From IMG/VR virus record IMGVR_UViG_3300027819_000020, positions 1 through 44,854 of that record: a DNA stretch of 44,854 bases; one strand, written 5' to 3'. This document shows positions 16,441 to 25,762 of the stretch, one piece after another; positions within the stretch are counted from its first letter, which is position 1, and the number at the start of each line of letters is the position of its first letter. The position numbers and the translations under genes were made by a program. This stretch comes from a virus (taxonomy: Duplodnaviria; Caudoviricetes). The notes beneath the pieces were generated by a model, which did no database searches, was not told the DNA's origin, and saw only the letters and a list, made by a program, of their open reading frames with translations.

Positions 16441-16929
16441 CTAGCTCCCTATCGCGAGCACATACGCCGTCACGGTTACAGTGCCAGCACCAGCCTTGTA
16501 GATACGCACCGCCGCCGAATTGGCCCAGACGTTCTCAATATAGCATCGGAGATCAGCCGCTCCAGTGTAGCGCACCGACGCAAACGGGAATATCGCCCCG
16601 CCTAGTTGGGAGTTCTCGATGAATGGGACTACTACCTGAGTGTAATCGTCGCCCGCCGCTGCCACCGCTGCCGAGCCGCCCGCGACCGTATTGTTCCCGG
16701 ACCAATATATCCCGGCGTTACGAGCACCAGCAGGTATCCCATGCACCCCAGAAGTGCGCGCCGAGTGCTCGAAAGCGACGCCGGACGCCGTATAGGCCCG
16801 CGCGCTGTTCGCCGTGATCCCCGCGTGGAACGAGCTGGCATTGAACGAGATGAAGTTGTTCCAGTAGCCGAAGGGGAGGATCGAGCTTGCGGTTACTGCC
16901 GAGACGGCGCTGTAGTCATATGCTGCCAT
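16441..16929 (-). CDS. minor tail / receptor-binding protein
   Basis: Follows the tail-tip gene; beta-rich; ends VLAIGS. Confidence 0.65.
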   Translation of the reverse strand: MAAYDYSAVSAVTASSILPFGYWNNFISFNASSFHAGITANSARAYTASGVAFEHSARTSGVHGIPAGARNAGIYWSGNNTVAGGSAAVAAAGDDYTQVVVPFIENSQLGGAIFPFASVRYTGAADLRCYIENVWANSAAVRIYKAGAGTVTVTAYVLAIGS

Positions 16930-16940
16930 GTGCCCCTACC

Positions 16941-18659
16941 TCACCAGATCAGGATGCCCCGGTCGAAACCCGGCCCCACGTCGAACCGGAAGAAGTCGCG
17001 CCCACCGGCCTGAACCAGGCTCTCCGTGAGAAACCACGTCGATACCACGTCGATGCCCTCAGCCGCCTTCGGCCGGATCGTGTCCTGGATCGCTGCCAGG
17101 TGATAGCGCCCGTAGCGGTTCGGGGCGTCCTCGGGGTCGCCCAGCCAGGGGTCCCAGTTGCCATCGTCGTACCGCACCTCAACGCTGTCGCCGAGCTGGG
17201 CGTCCACGGTCATGGCCGGGTCATTGGCGAACGTCACCTTCGGCGTGGCCCGGCTCGGACCGCGCGTTAGGACAATCTGCGTCGCCAGCGAGCCCGCGAG
17301 TCCACGGTCCTGGACCAGCTTGCTGCTCACCTGCTCCGGCTCCATCTGCCGAAACTCGGCAATGCTGCCATCATGCAGCCGCTCGTCAATGATGGCGAGC
17401 TGGGCGTCCATGACGGTGCCGCGAATCTTGAGCGTCTGGACCCAGATAACTCCGGTGTCAGTGTTCTGCAGATTGAAGTCGGCCGAGGCCCCATAGGCTA
17501 CGAAGTTGGGCGCCAAGTTCCCCGTCTTGTCCGCGCCGCTGCCGTCCTCGTTGGCGCTGGCCGTGTAGTCCGTCGTCGCTACCGGCGTCGTCACGGCGCT
17601 GGCCGGCCCCGTGTAGGCCACGTGCAGCGGGATGTACTCCCCCGGCTCCATGCGAATGGGCACCTGCTGATCCTGCAGGCTCCAGAGCGTGCTGGGGCTG
17701 CCCTGCGGCTTGTACGCCTGAGATTGCACCTGGGCGATGTTGCGCAGGTCGTCTATGCTGATCTCCTGCTCCTCGGAAAACATCTCGGCCCCGAGCGTCT
17801 GTTGGGCCGCCCAGGTGCCAGAGCCCTTCGAGCCGGCGCCAATGCTCCGCGCGGCCGTGTACTCGTGGTAGCGGCTGTGCACCACTACGGTGCCGTCGCC
17901 ATCGACGAAATACGACGCACCATAGGCGCTCACGATCTCATCGAGCGCCGCTTTCAGCGTCGAGCGGTCCCACCATGCGTAGGGGATGATGTCGCTAATG
18001 CTGTCAATGCTCCGGGCAATAAAGGCTAGCTCCTCATTGAACAGCGGCGCATTATCGAAGCCATTCCACGCGCCTTGCATATCGAACGTGAACCACAGGT
18101 TAGGGGAGTATTTGAGAATACGAGCCTGATTCAGAATGGTTCCAATGAGAGTATCCACCGCAACGTTGGCCTGCATCGCCAACGAGAACTTGATGCGCTC
18201 CATCTGCTTCATGGCGTCGCTGGCGTAGATGACGCAGGTCTTATCCCCGCCGGGGCTCGTGCGGGTTATCATGCGGTCAATCCAGCCAGTGAAGCGCCGA
18301 TAGACCGTGTGGGCATTGAGTATGTCGATGCGCACCTCGCGCTGTGGCCGCAGGTAGGCGAGCCACGGCTGACCAGACTGCTGGTCAGGCACCAGCTCGC
18401 TGCCGTCGCCGACGAGGATGCTATAGCGGTTCCACGGCGAATACAGGCCGTCGTCGTTGGTCAACTCGATAACGGCCTGCCCAGCCGCGAAGCCGCGCGT
18501 GATGCTCGACTTCCCACGGGAGTAGCGCACGCTGATAACGTGGTCACTGACATCGTTCAGCCGGGCCGAGCTGGGGTTGAGGCTGCCGCTCGTCGCCGCA
18601 GGACGGCTAAACGTGCCGTCATTGCCCCAGTCGATGCGGACCCTCAGCTCGTAGGCCAT
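16941..18659 (-). CDS. tail tip / baseplate hub protein
   Basis: Follows the tape measure gene; VRIDWGNDGTF, SRGK, LTNDDGLYSP, RFTGWI. Confidence 0.75.
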   Translation of the reverse strand: MAYELRVRIDWGNDGTFSRPAATSGSLNPSSARLNDVSDHVISVRYSRGKSSITRGFAAGQAVIELTNDDGLYSPWNRYSILVGDGSELVPDQQSGQPWLAYLRPQREVRIDILNAHTVYRRFTGWIDRMITRTSPGGDKTCVIYASDAMKQMERIKFSLAMQANVAVDTLIGTILNQARILKYSPNLWFTFDMQGAWNGFDNAPLFNEELAFIARSIDSISDIIPYAWWDRSTLKAALDEIVSAYGASYFVDGDGTVVVHSRYHEYTAARSIGAGSKGSGTWAAQQTLGAEMFSEEQEISIDDLRNIAQVQSQAYKPQGSPSTLWSLQDQQVPIRMEPGEYIPLHVAYTGPASAVTTPVATTDYTASANEDGSGADKTGNLAPNFVAYGASADFNLQNTDTGVIWVQTLKIRGTVMDAQLAIIDERLHDGSIAEFRQMEPEQVSSKLVQDRGLAGSLATQIVLTRGPSRATPKVTFANDPAMTVDAQLGDSVEVRYDDGNWDPWLGDPEDAPNRYGRYHLAAIQDTIRPKAAEGIDVVSTWFLTESLVQAGGRDFFRFDVGPGFDRGILIW

Positions 18660-21600
18660 CTAGCTCCAGTCCCGCTCCCGGACGATGTACTGGTGGACCA
18701 ACTTCGCGAAGTCCTGGGCGTCGCGGTCGGTGCCCATCATGGCGCCGACATGCAGATGCACCTCCGGGCCTGAGCCAGCCCGACCCGAGCGGGTGAGCAT
18801 GGCCGTGTCGGCGGCAGGCACCACGCGAGAGCCTGACGGGAGCGAGACAAGCTCGGGCCCCAGCTCGCCTACGCGCACCATGCCGCCAGTCTGAAATGCA
18901 GGCCGCGACGCAACCTGTACGCGGCCACCCACCTGGAAGCCGCCCGTCTGCTCCACAGATGTGAATGCCTCAGCGAAGGCGTTGCTCGCCACGATCATTT
19001 TGGAGATCAGCTCTTGGTAGCGCCGCTCGGCAGACTCCAGGTTTTTCATGGCCTCGTCGGTAACGGTGGTCATGAAACTCAGAGACTCGGTCAGCATGTT
19101 CGAAATGGCCTCATCAACCATCTGGGCCTGCTCCTCCGAGAGGAGGCCGGTTTTGAGCATCTCCGGCCGGAGCTTCGCGTGCCACTCGATGCCGGTCTTG
19201 ATCGCATCGGACACCATGTCATGCGCCCGACGCGCCTTGGCCAGTGCGATCCCCACCTGCTCCTGCTGCTCGGCTAGCGCCTGCCCGGCCGCCTGGAGCG
19301 CACGCACGACATCTTCCTGCGCCCGGATCGCGGCCTCGTTGGCCCGCAGCTCCCCCTCCAGCCGGGCGATGTTGGCGTGCGTCGACTGCACCTGGGCCAT
19401 GGCGGCCTCGAAGCTCATCTCCGGCTTCGCAGGCGTTGCGGCGGCCTGGATCTGACGCATGAGCGGGTCGTTCGCCAGCGAGCGTTCCAGTTGCGCCGCC
19501 TCGCGCAACGACTCCAGTTGCTCGCGCGTCATGCCGGCGAACTGGGGCGGCGTACCGGTGACGGGCTTGCCCGTGATCTCGGCCAGCCGCAACCGCTTCA
19601 ACTGCTGCTCGATCTCGAACTGCGATTCCTCAAAGGCGCCTTGCCCGGTCAGGCGCACGCTGGCGAGGTCCTGGAGCCGCGACTTGGCCTCGCCCAGCTC
19701 CTTGTTCAGCCGGCTCTGTGTCTCCTGGAGCTTCCGCAGGGCTTCCTGAGCGTCGCGCACGGCCGCCGAGTTGGCCCGCATGGCTGCCGTTAGGCCAGCC
19801 TGCTCCGCCTCCAGGCCAATGATCTGCATGTTGATGCCCTGAATGACGGGGGAGGTCGTCACCATGGCGTCGGCCAAGCGGCCCACGTCGAGAGAGGCAG
19901 TCTTGAGCGCGCCACCGCCGCCGGCTGCACCGGAGAGCCCGGCTAGGGCCGCGTTGACCTTTTCCAGGCTGTTCTCGTACTCGCGGGCGGGAGCCTCACC
20001 GGCTGCCACCTCCTCGTTGAGGCGCTTCCACTCTTCGAGCGCGGCGGTAGCTGCCGCGTCGCCCTGCTGCATGTCGGAGATGATCTGGTCGAACGGGTTG
20101 CTAGGGCCGGACATGCGCTCGTCGAGTTGAGCCAGCGCTGCGTCGATCTCGTCTATCGTCGTTGGCAGCCCACTCCCACCCAACGTCTCCTTCATGAGCG
20201 GCCCCGGTCCGATAGGGCCGAACTGCGATTCGATGAGGCGGCGCTGGGTCAGGAGCTCCGCCGCGCGTCTCTGGGCTTCCTGCCGCCGCTCGGTGACACC
20301 AAAGGCATCCTCTAGCCCGCCCAGCATCTCCTGGCCGAACTCGCCCGGCCCCAGCATGCCCTTGCCGGTCAGAACGCGGGATAGGTTCATCGCAGCGAAG
20401 GAGGCCGCCCCAATGGCGCCAATGACGAGGCCGATCTTGCCCACAGCGGTAGCGGAAAACGCTGTGATCGCCCCGGACAGTGCCGCGAATCCCCGAATCG
20501 CCAGCCCGATGCCGATGAGGAGCGGCCCACCCGCGGTGAGAGTCAACGCCAGCAGGACGATCTTGGCCTTTCCCTCCTCGCTCATGCCGGTAATGGCCTG
20601 CTGCAAGGCCCGCGTGGCGCCGATAGCGCGCGGCATAGCCACTTGGGCCATGTCCAGGAGGCTAGCCATTACCTGATTCCGCAGGATTTCGGACTGGAAG
20701 GCGAAGGACTTGCTCTGCTCATCCAGCGCCACTTTCGTCGAGCCGCTCGCCGCGCTCATGTCGGCTAGCATCTGGTTGAAGAGGGTGCCACCGTCCTGGG
20801 TCAGGCTCAGCACGCCGCGCAGCGCCCGCACGTCGCCGGTGAGGACGGCAACGGCCTCTTTGCTCCCAGCCGTCTTGCTTATCATGTCGTCCAGCACGCC
20901 GATAAGGCCCTTCGATGCAAGAGCCTCGGCGTTCCACTCTAGCCCCAACGCCTTGGCCAGCTTCTCGGCTTCCTTGCTGGGATCCAACAGGGACAGCATG
21001 ACACGGTTCAGACTGGTCGCTGCCTCTGCCGCGTTGATGCCCCGGCGCGTCATGGTTGCCATCGCGGCACCCAGTTGCTCAAGGGGCACGTTCAGAGCGG
21101 CGGCTGTGGGCAGGGCTTCGCCCATGTGCTGTGCCAACTCCTCAAACGTCAGGACGCCCTTGTCCACGGTCTTGAAGAGGATGTCGCTTGCCTGGTCGGC
21201 TGTGTAAGCAGCCTCACCGTAGGAATTGAGTACGCCAGTAATCACGCGGGCTGATACGGCCGTACTCGTGAGTCCAGCACTCGCGGCCCGTGCCGATGCC
21301 TGCAACACTTCGACGGCTTTGGCCCCTGCGAACCCGCTCGACTCGATGTCGTAGAGGCCGCGCGCCAGCTCGACGGCGGATTGCGGCAGACCCTTGCTCA
21401 GGTCTAGCACGGCCTTCCTCATGGCGGCCAGGTCGCGCTCCGACATTTTCGCAATGGAGTTGACGTTGCGCATCGCCCGGTCGAAGTCGATGGCGACCTT
21501 CGTCGCCATGCCTCCCATGACGGCAAGCGGCGCCGTCGCGATGGTCAGCGACTGGCCGATAGATGTGAGAGAGCGGCCAGCCCGCTCCAACCCGGCGAGC

Positions 21601-21698
21601 CCACGTTGGGCCTGCCCGAGGCCATGCTCGAACTGACGCAGCGGCCCCGAGAACGCGTCGGCGACGCGCAGGGTGATGGTGGTCGTGCGGTCAGCCAC
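18660..21698 (-). CDS. tape measure protein (TP901-type)
   Basis: 1012 aa helical protein; FDRAMRNV, ELARGLYDI, GELGPELV. Confidence 0.95.
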   Translation of the reverse strand: MADRTTTITLRVADAFSGPLRQFEHGLGQAQRGLAGLERAGRSLTSIGQSLTIATAPLAVMGGMATKVAIDFDRAMRNVNSIAKMSERDLAAMRKAVLDLSKGLPQSAVELARGLYDIESSGFAGAKAVEVLQASARAASAGLTSTAVSARVITGVLNSYGEAAYTADQASDILFKTVDKGVLTFEELAQHMGEALPTAAALNVPLEQLGAAMATMTRRGINAAEAATSLNRVMLSLLDPSKEAEKLAKALGLEWNAEALASKGLIGVLDDMISKTAGSKEAVAVLTGDVRALRGVLSLTQDGGTLFNQMLADMSAASGSTKVALDEQSKSFAFQSEILRNQVMASLLDMAQVAMPRAIGATRALQQAITGMSEEGKAKIVLLALTLTAGGPLLIGIGLAIRGFAALSGAITAFSATAVGKIGLVIGAIGAASFAAMNLSRVLTGKGMLGPGEFGQEMLGGLEDAFGVTERRQEAQRRAAELLTQRRLIESQFGPIGPGPLMKETLGGSGLPTTIDEIDAALAQLDERMSGPSNPFDQIISDMQQGDAAATAALEEWKRLNEEVAAGEAPAREYENSLEKVNAALAGLSGAAGGGGALKTASLDVGRLADAMVTTSPVIQGINMQIIGLEAEQAGLTAAMRANSAAVRDAQEALRKLQETQSRLNKELGEAKSRLQDLASVRLTGQGAFEESQFEIEQQLKRLRLAEITGKPVTGTPPQFAGMTREQLESLREAAQLERSLANDPLMRQIQAAATPAKPEMSFEAAMAQVQSTHANIARLEGELRANEAAIRAQEDVVRALQAAGQALAEQQEQVGIALAKARRAHDMVSDAIKTGIEWHAKLRPEMLKTGLLSEEQAQMVDEAISNMLTESLSFMTTVTDEAMKNLESAERRYQELISKMIVASNAFAEAFTSVEQTGGFQVGGRVQVASRPAFQTGGMVRVGELGPELVSLPSGSRVVPAADTAMLTRSGRAGSGPEVHLHVGAMMGTDRDAQDFAKLVHQYIVRERDWS

Positions 21699-21890
21699 CT
21701 ACTCGCCCCACAACAGCCAGAGCCGGTCGAGCACGCCCGTCATGCTCTCCTCCGGCAGCGCGTCGAGCCACGCGCGCCGCTGCTTCTCTCGGATGTGCTC
21801 ATAGGCCATCGTCGCGACCCGGTCATCCCTGCTCTGCGCACGCCACTGGGCCAACGTCCACCCCCGGCGCGCGCAAATGCGGTGGACCAT
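21699..21890 (-). CDS. tail assembly chaperone frameshift extension (gpT-like)
   Basis: Lies in the -1 frame after the G GGT TTT slippery site. Confidence 0.75.
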   Translation of the reverse strand: MVHRICARRGWTLAQWRAQSRDDRVATMAYEHIREKQRRAWLDALPEESMTGVLDRLWLLWGE

Positions 21891-22369
21891 CAGGTCGCGA
21901 GCGGAAAACCCTCGGCGGCCTCTTCGACCTCCTCGTCAGTGATCCGGTTCAGCCGCAGCATGTGGTTCGTGAGCTGCTTCAAGGCCCAGAAGCCGAGCTG
22001 GGAGCGCAGCGCTGCGGCGTGCTCGGCGTCGCTCTCGCCGGGCATGTCGAGCCCCACCAGGGACCGCGCCAGCAGCCGATGCATCTGCTCCTGGGTTGCG
22101 TCGGCAAGCTCCTGCTCGTACCGCTCCCGCAGAGGCCCGACCACGACTGGCAGCAGCCGGACCTTGTTGTCGGTGGGGTCCCGCTGCGGCTCCCGTGGCT
22201 CCTGGGGCCACGCGATGCCCCGCCGCACCTGTTGCATCTCGTCGGCGCCCAGGGAGCGCAGCCGCAGCCGGAGCCCCCGGCCGTCGGGGCTCGTGATCTG
22301 GACCACCTGCACGACCTCGCCCAGGTCCCCCAGGACCGCGAAGCCGTTGTCGCTCGCGTGTTTGCTCAT
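21890..22369 (-). CDS. tail assembly chaperone (gpG-like)
   Basis: Position between tube and tape measure genes; slippery site near the end. Confidence 0.8.
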   Translation of the reverse strand: MSKHASDNGFAVLGDLGEVVQVVQITSPDGRGLRLRLRSLGADEMQQVRRGIAWPQEPREPQRDPTDNKVRLLPVVVGPLRERYEQELADATQEQMHRLLARSLVGLDMPGESDAEHAAALRSQLGFWALKQLTNHMLRLNRITDEEVEEAAEGFPLAT

Positions 22370-22379
22370 GTGCCCTCCT

Positions 22380-22799
22380 TCATACTCCGTGGGCGCTCAC
22401 GTCGGCGGCCTGGAGCCCGAAGCTCCCGAAGAACAACCCCCCCACGGCGCCGTCGATCTGAATCAGCGTAGGGACAGCGCTCCAGAGCTGCCATGCCGCC
22501 GTAGCCTGGAGGCTCGACGCCGACAGCACGGCGTTCATCGCCGTGGCCTGCTTGAGCAACTTCGCCGCGCTCATGCCAGCCCACATCTGCTGTACCCGTA
22601 GCATCACGTCCGTCTCGGTCTGGTGGAACCGCGTACGCCCAGCGATGCCGCCGGCCGTGGCGAACGTCTGCCGCTTCTCCCATCGCTGACTGATGACGAG
22701 GCTCACGCCCTGGACGTAGACCATGGCGGCGCTCTCAGCACCAGCGCCGCCGGTCCACAGGTGCAGCGTGGCCTCGGGCCACGAGAACACCTCCGCCAT
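22380..22799 (-). CDS. tail tube-like protein 3 (divergent paralog)
   Basis: N-terminus MAEVFSWPEATLHLW resembles paralogs 1 and 2. Confidence 0.55.
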   Translation of the reverse strand: MAEVFSWPEATLHLWTGGAGAESAAMVYVQGVSLVISQRWEKRQTFATAGGIAGRTRFHQTETDVMLRVQQMWAGMSAAKLLKQATAMNAVLSASSLQATAAWQLWSAVPTLIQIDGAVGGLFFGSFGLQAADVSAHGV

Positions 22800-22805
22800 G
22801 GGCGC

Positions 22806-23288
22806 CTAGCTGAGAAACCCGGTATTGCTGGGCCCGCTCGCGATGAGGCCCCGCACCCGGAACTCGTGGATGTTGCCCTCGGGCTGCTCCGTCACCGGGG
22901 CATCGAGCAGAACGCAGCGATGGAGCCGGTAGTAGATACCCGTGGTCGCGGCTTCGACGGCGGGGACGGATTGCTTCCATTCCAGGTGGAACGCAGGGAT
23001 CGTCGAGCCCGTCGCCGTCGCCAGGTTGATGGGCCAGTCGCCCGTCACGCCCTCCAGGACGCGGAATGACGCCTCCACCGGCGCACGACGCACGAGCTTG
23101 TGATGGCTCGGGATGCCCCGGTCCTCCGGCGTCGCGTACTCGCGGGGGTCGTTGAAGGTCCAGCCGGGCTGCACGAACCCGATGAGCCCGGACTGCGGCG
23201 TCGCGGCCGTGGTCCACGCCGTGCCCGTCTGTCCACTCGCCAGCACCCAGCGCAGGGTGCCCTCCTGCAGGACTCTGATCTCAGCCAT
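22806..23288 (-). CDS. tail tube-like protein 2
   Basis: Clear paralog of 23307..23846. Confidence 0.7.
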   Translation of the reverse strand: MAEIRVLQEGTLRWVLASGQTGTAWTTAATPQSGLIGFVQPGWTFNDPREYATPEDRGIPSHHKLVRRAPVEASFRVLEGVTGDWPINLATATGSTIPAFHLEWKQSVPAVEAATTGIYYRLHRCVLLDAPVTEQPEGNIHEFRVRGLIASGPSNTGFLS

Positions 23289-23306
23289 AGTTGCCCCTCC
23301 CTCCCT

Positions 23307-23846
23307 CTAACTCAGATAACCGCTGGCGGTCGGCCCCTGGACGGCCAGCGCGCGTAGTCGAAACTCCACCATGTTGCCCTCGGGCTGCTCCGTGTGGACG
23401 CGGTCCAGGATGCGCGCGCCATGGAACTGGTAGTAGATGCCGGTCAGGTTCGATTCCGTCGCCGGGATCGCCTGTTTGAACTCGACCATGAACTGCGGCG
23501 GGTTGGTCAATCCCAGCGCGCTCGGGCCGATGGCGGTGTTGCCGGTGGGCCAGTCGCCCGTCACGCCGTCGAGCACCCGAAACGACGCTTCGACGAACGG
23601 CACCCGCGCCAGCTTGTGCATCGTGGGCACGCCACGATCCTCGATGGGCGCGTACTCGCGGGCATAGTTGAAGGTCCATCCGGGCTGTACGAATCCGATT
23701 AACCCGGAGAGCGCGCCCCATGCGGCGGTTGCGGTGCCTGTGGGGACGGCCGACGCTGTGACCCAGCCCGTCGCGCTGATACCGGGACCGGCGCTGGCCT
23801 CAACCCAGCGGAGCGTCCCCTCTTGCCAGTTCCTGATCTCCGGCAA
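23307..23846 (-). CDS. major tail tube protein
   Basis: Follows the tail terminator; has its own leader; TTG start. Confidence 0.7.
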   Translation of the reverse strand: MPEIRNWQEGTLRWVEASAGPGISATGWVTASAVPTGTATAAWGALSGLIGFVQPGWTFNYAREYAPIEDRGVPTMHKLARVPFVEASFRVLDGVTGDWPTGNTAIGPSALGLTNPPQFMVEFKQAIPATESNLTGIYYQFHGARILDRVHTEQPEGNMVEFRLRALAVQGPTASGYLS

Positions 23847-23888
23847 TTCCCCTCACCTCCTGGCAGACGCAACGCGACCCCGACCATT

Positions 23889-23912
23889 GGGGGCGGTCGG
23901 GGCCGCTCAGGA
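23889..23912 (-). repeat. 24-bp late leader motif, copy 1
   Basis: TCCTGAGCGGCCCCGACCGCCCCC, identical to 36299-36322. Confidence 0.9.
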
Positions 23913-23946
23913 GGCGGAGGGGGCCGACGCGGCGGCTACTGCTGGT

Positions 23947-23955
23947 AGTCTAGCA
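23947..23955 (-). promoter_or_regulatory. extended -10 promoter TGCTAGACT
   Basis: One of four TGCTAGANT copies upstream of non-coding leaders or RNAs. Confidence 0.6.
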
Positions 23956-23960
23956 GATTC

Positions 23961-24491
23961 CTACGGCCAACGCTCCAGATAGCTCCAACGTTGGACGAAC
24001 CGATAGCGGCGCACGGCGGGATTCGCCGCGTCCTGGGGGATGTGCTGCTCCGCCGCCAGCCCGTCCAGCCGGAACATGCCAGCCGTCGGCGGTGTGCCCG
24101 TGCCCGAGTAGACCATGTAGATTTGCCCGGCCCGCTGCTGGCGGAGCATGAGAACCAGCGTGTCCCGGAGCTGCCGGATGTCGCGGCTCCAGTTGGGGTT
24201 GCCCTGCGCGTCAACCCAGCAGGATAGCTCAGTCTGCCGGTGCTGCATGACGCCTGAGACGATGGGGTTGCCCTGGACGATGTCGCCCGCTGCCACGCGC
24301 TCAGGATTGCCGCCCAGGTGCTCCACGGTGACGCAGGGGAAGGTGAGATTCTGCGTCGGGCGGTCAAAGTAGGCGCTCACCCCGGCGGGGAAGGCGCTGG
24401 GCCAGCCGTTGGCGCTCAGGTAGTCCTTGACCATGCGGTTGAAGGAGCCCTCGGAATCGTAGAGGCCGGCGGACCAGGTGAGGTCGGGCAT
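23961..24491 (-). CDS. tail terminator protein
   Basis: Synteny; TFPCVTV, TELSCW. Confidence 0.65.
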   Translation of the reverse strand: MPDLTWSAGLYDSEGSFNRMVKDYLSANGWPSAFPAGVSAYFDRPTQNLTFPCVTVEHLGGNPERVAAGDIVQGNPIVSGVMQHRQTELSCWVDAQGNPNWSRDIRQLRDTLVLMLRQQRAGQIYMVYSGTGTPPTAGMFRLDGLAAEQHIPQDAANPAVRRYRFVQRWSYLERWP

Positions 24492-24517
24492 CTAAGCGCT
24501 CGCCTCCGCTATGTGCA

Positions 24518-24931
24518 TCAAAACAGCACCCCAGCCTCTGCGAGCCGTTGCTGAAGCATCTGCTCGGCTGCCTCCTCGGCCAGGTCCAGAAACCCCGCCG
24601 GCGCCTTCTGGCTGTGACCGTCGTTGAGGCTACCGATGTAGGGCACGTTGCTCCCCTGCACCGTGACGAGCTGGCTCTCGTCCAGTCGCAGCACGGTATC
24701 GGCCTCGGTCGCCTCTGAGTTTGCCGCGCGAATGTCGGTGCTGGTCCAGAGTCCCCAGCTCGCCCGAGCCCGCCCGGTGTCCACGGGCATCATCACCTTG
24801 ACCCCTCGGATGGTCTCCATGGTCGTCTCGCGCAGCGCCCGCCAGGCACGTTGCCGTTGCCGAGGTGTCAACTGGCGCGCGTCCTCCATGAGCCGCTTCA
24901 ACTCGCGCGAGTCTACGTCGAGCGCTGTCAT
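24518..24931 (-). CDS. HK97 gp10-like tail completion protein
   Basis: PVDTGRARASW, SNVPYI..LNDGHS.KAPAGF. Confidence 0.9.
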   Translation of the reverse strand: MTALDVDSRELKRLMEDARQLTPRQRQRAWRALRETTMETIRGVKVMMPVDTGRARASWGLWTSTDIRAANSEATEADTVLRLDESQLVTVQGSNVPYIGSLNDGHSQKAPAGFLDLAEEAAEQMLQQRLAEAGVLF

Positions 24932-24934
24932 CGG

Positions 24935-25099
24935 CTATGGCTCGTACGCCGTAACCGGCTCTAGCCCTGGGTACAGGGCGGCAATGCGCTCGCTGAGCGC
25001 GAACATCTCCGGGCTCGCCTGCGACTCGTGCTCGCAGACGCTCATGGCATGCAGGATCGTGTCAGCCTCTTCGCGGCTGAGCATGATGAACTCGCCCAT
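24935..25099 (-). CDS. hypothetical protein (54 aa)
   Basis: Manual translation MGEFIMLSREEADTIL... Confidence 0.5.
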   Translation of the reverse strand: MGEFIMLSREEADTILHAMSVCEHESQASPEMFALSERIAALYPGLEPVTAYEP

Positions 25100-25108
25100 A
25101 TCCTCAGT

Positions 25109-25762
25109 CTACACCGCCACCAGGTCGGCCCGCACGTTGACCCCGAACGTCTCCGGCATCTCCGGATGGTGCGCCCTCCCAAGTGTCACCAGGGCCGTAT
25201 GGGCGTCGAAGCGGTAGCCAACGGCGTACCCTGCACTGGTCACCCCGCCGTCCGGTCCCCGGAGATAGGAGAAGGAAGAGGGGACCAGGTATCGAACGTG
25301 CGTCGGGTCTTGCATGGCCCCCCAGGTGAACGCGTATGGGGAGATGACGCAGCACTGGCCGCCGGGGATCAGCACGCGATGCACCTCGCGGAAGAAGCGG
25401 AACCAACCGTCCTCCTGGGTGCTCACTCCCCAATGGTGATGCCAGACATGCGGCGAGCTTCCCGGCTTCTGCCATGGTGTCTGTTGCCACGTGGACTCCA
25501 TAACCTCGTGCGGGATGTGCTCGGCCAGGTGGCAGCACATGACGTACCCGACGCTGTGGTCCCTGATTGGCCAGGGAAAGCGGAACAGGTTGCAGATGAC
25601 CGAGACTCCCTCGTCCCGCGCCAGGTCCAGGTTGACCCAGCCCTCGCTCTCCGGCAGCACCACCTCGCCACTGCCCAGGTTCAGCTTCGGCCCCGGCGGT
25701 ATCTCGGCGGCGCTGGGCCAGCCCTCGATGTGCTGCTCCAGCTCTGCCCAGCTACGGGACAT
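25109..25762 (-). CDS. SAM-dependent methyltransferase (glycan-cluster type)
   Basis: KLNLGSG..GWVNLD, HLAEHI, EVHRVLIPGG, QDPTH. Confidence 0.9.
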   Translation of the reverse strand: MSRSWAELEQHIEGWPSAAEIPPGPKLNLGSGEVVLPESEGWVNLDLARDEGVSVICNLFRFPWPIRDHSVGYVMCCHLAEHIPHEVMESTWQQTPWQKPGSSPHVWHHHWGVSTQEDGWFRFFREVHRVLIPGGQCCVISPYAFTWGAMQDPTHVRYLVPSSFSYLRGPDGGVTSAGYAVGYRFDAHTALVTLGRAHHPEMPETFGVNVRADLVAV

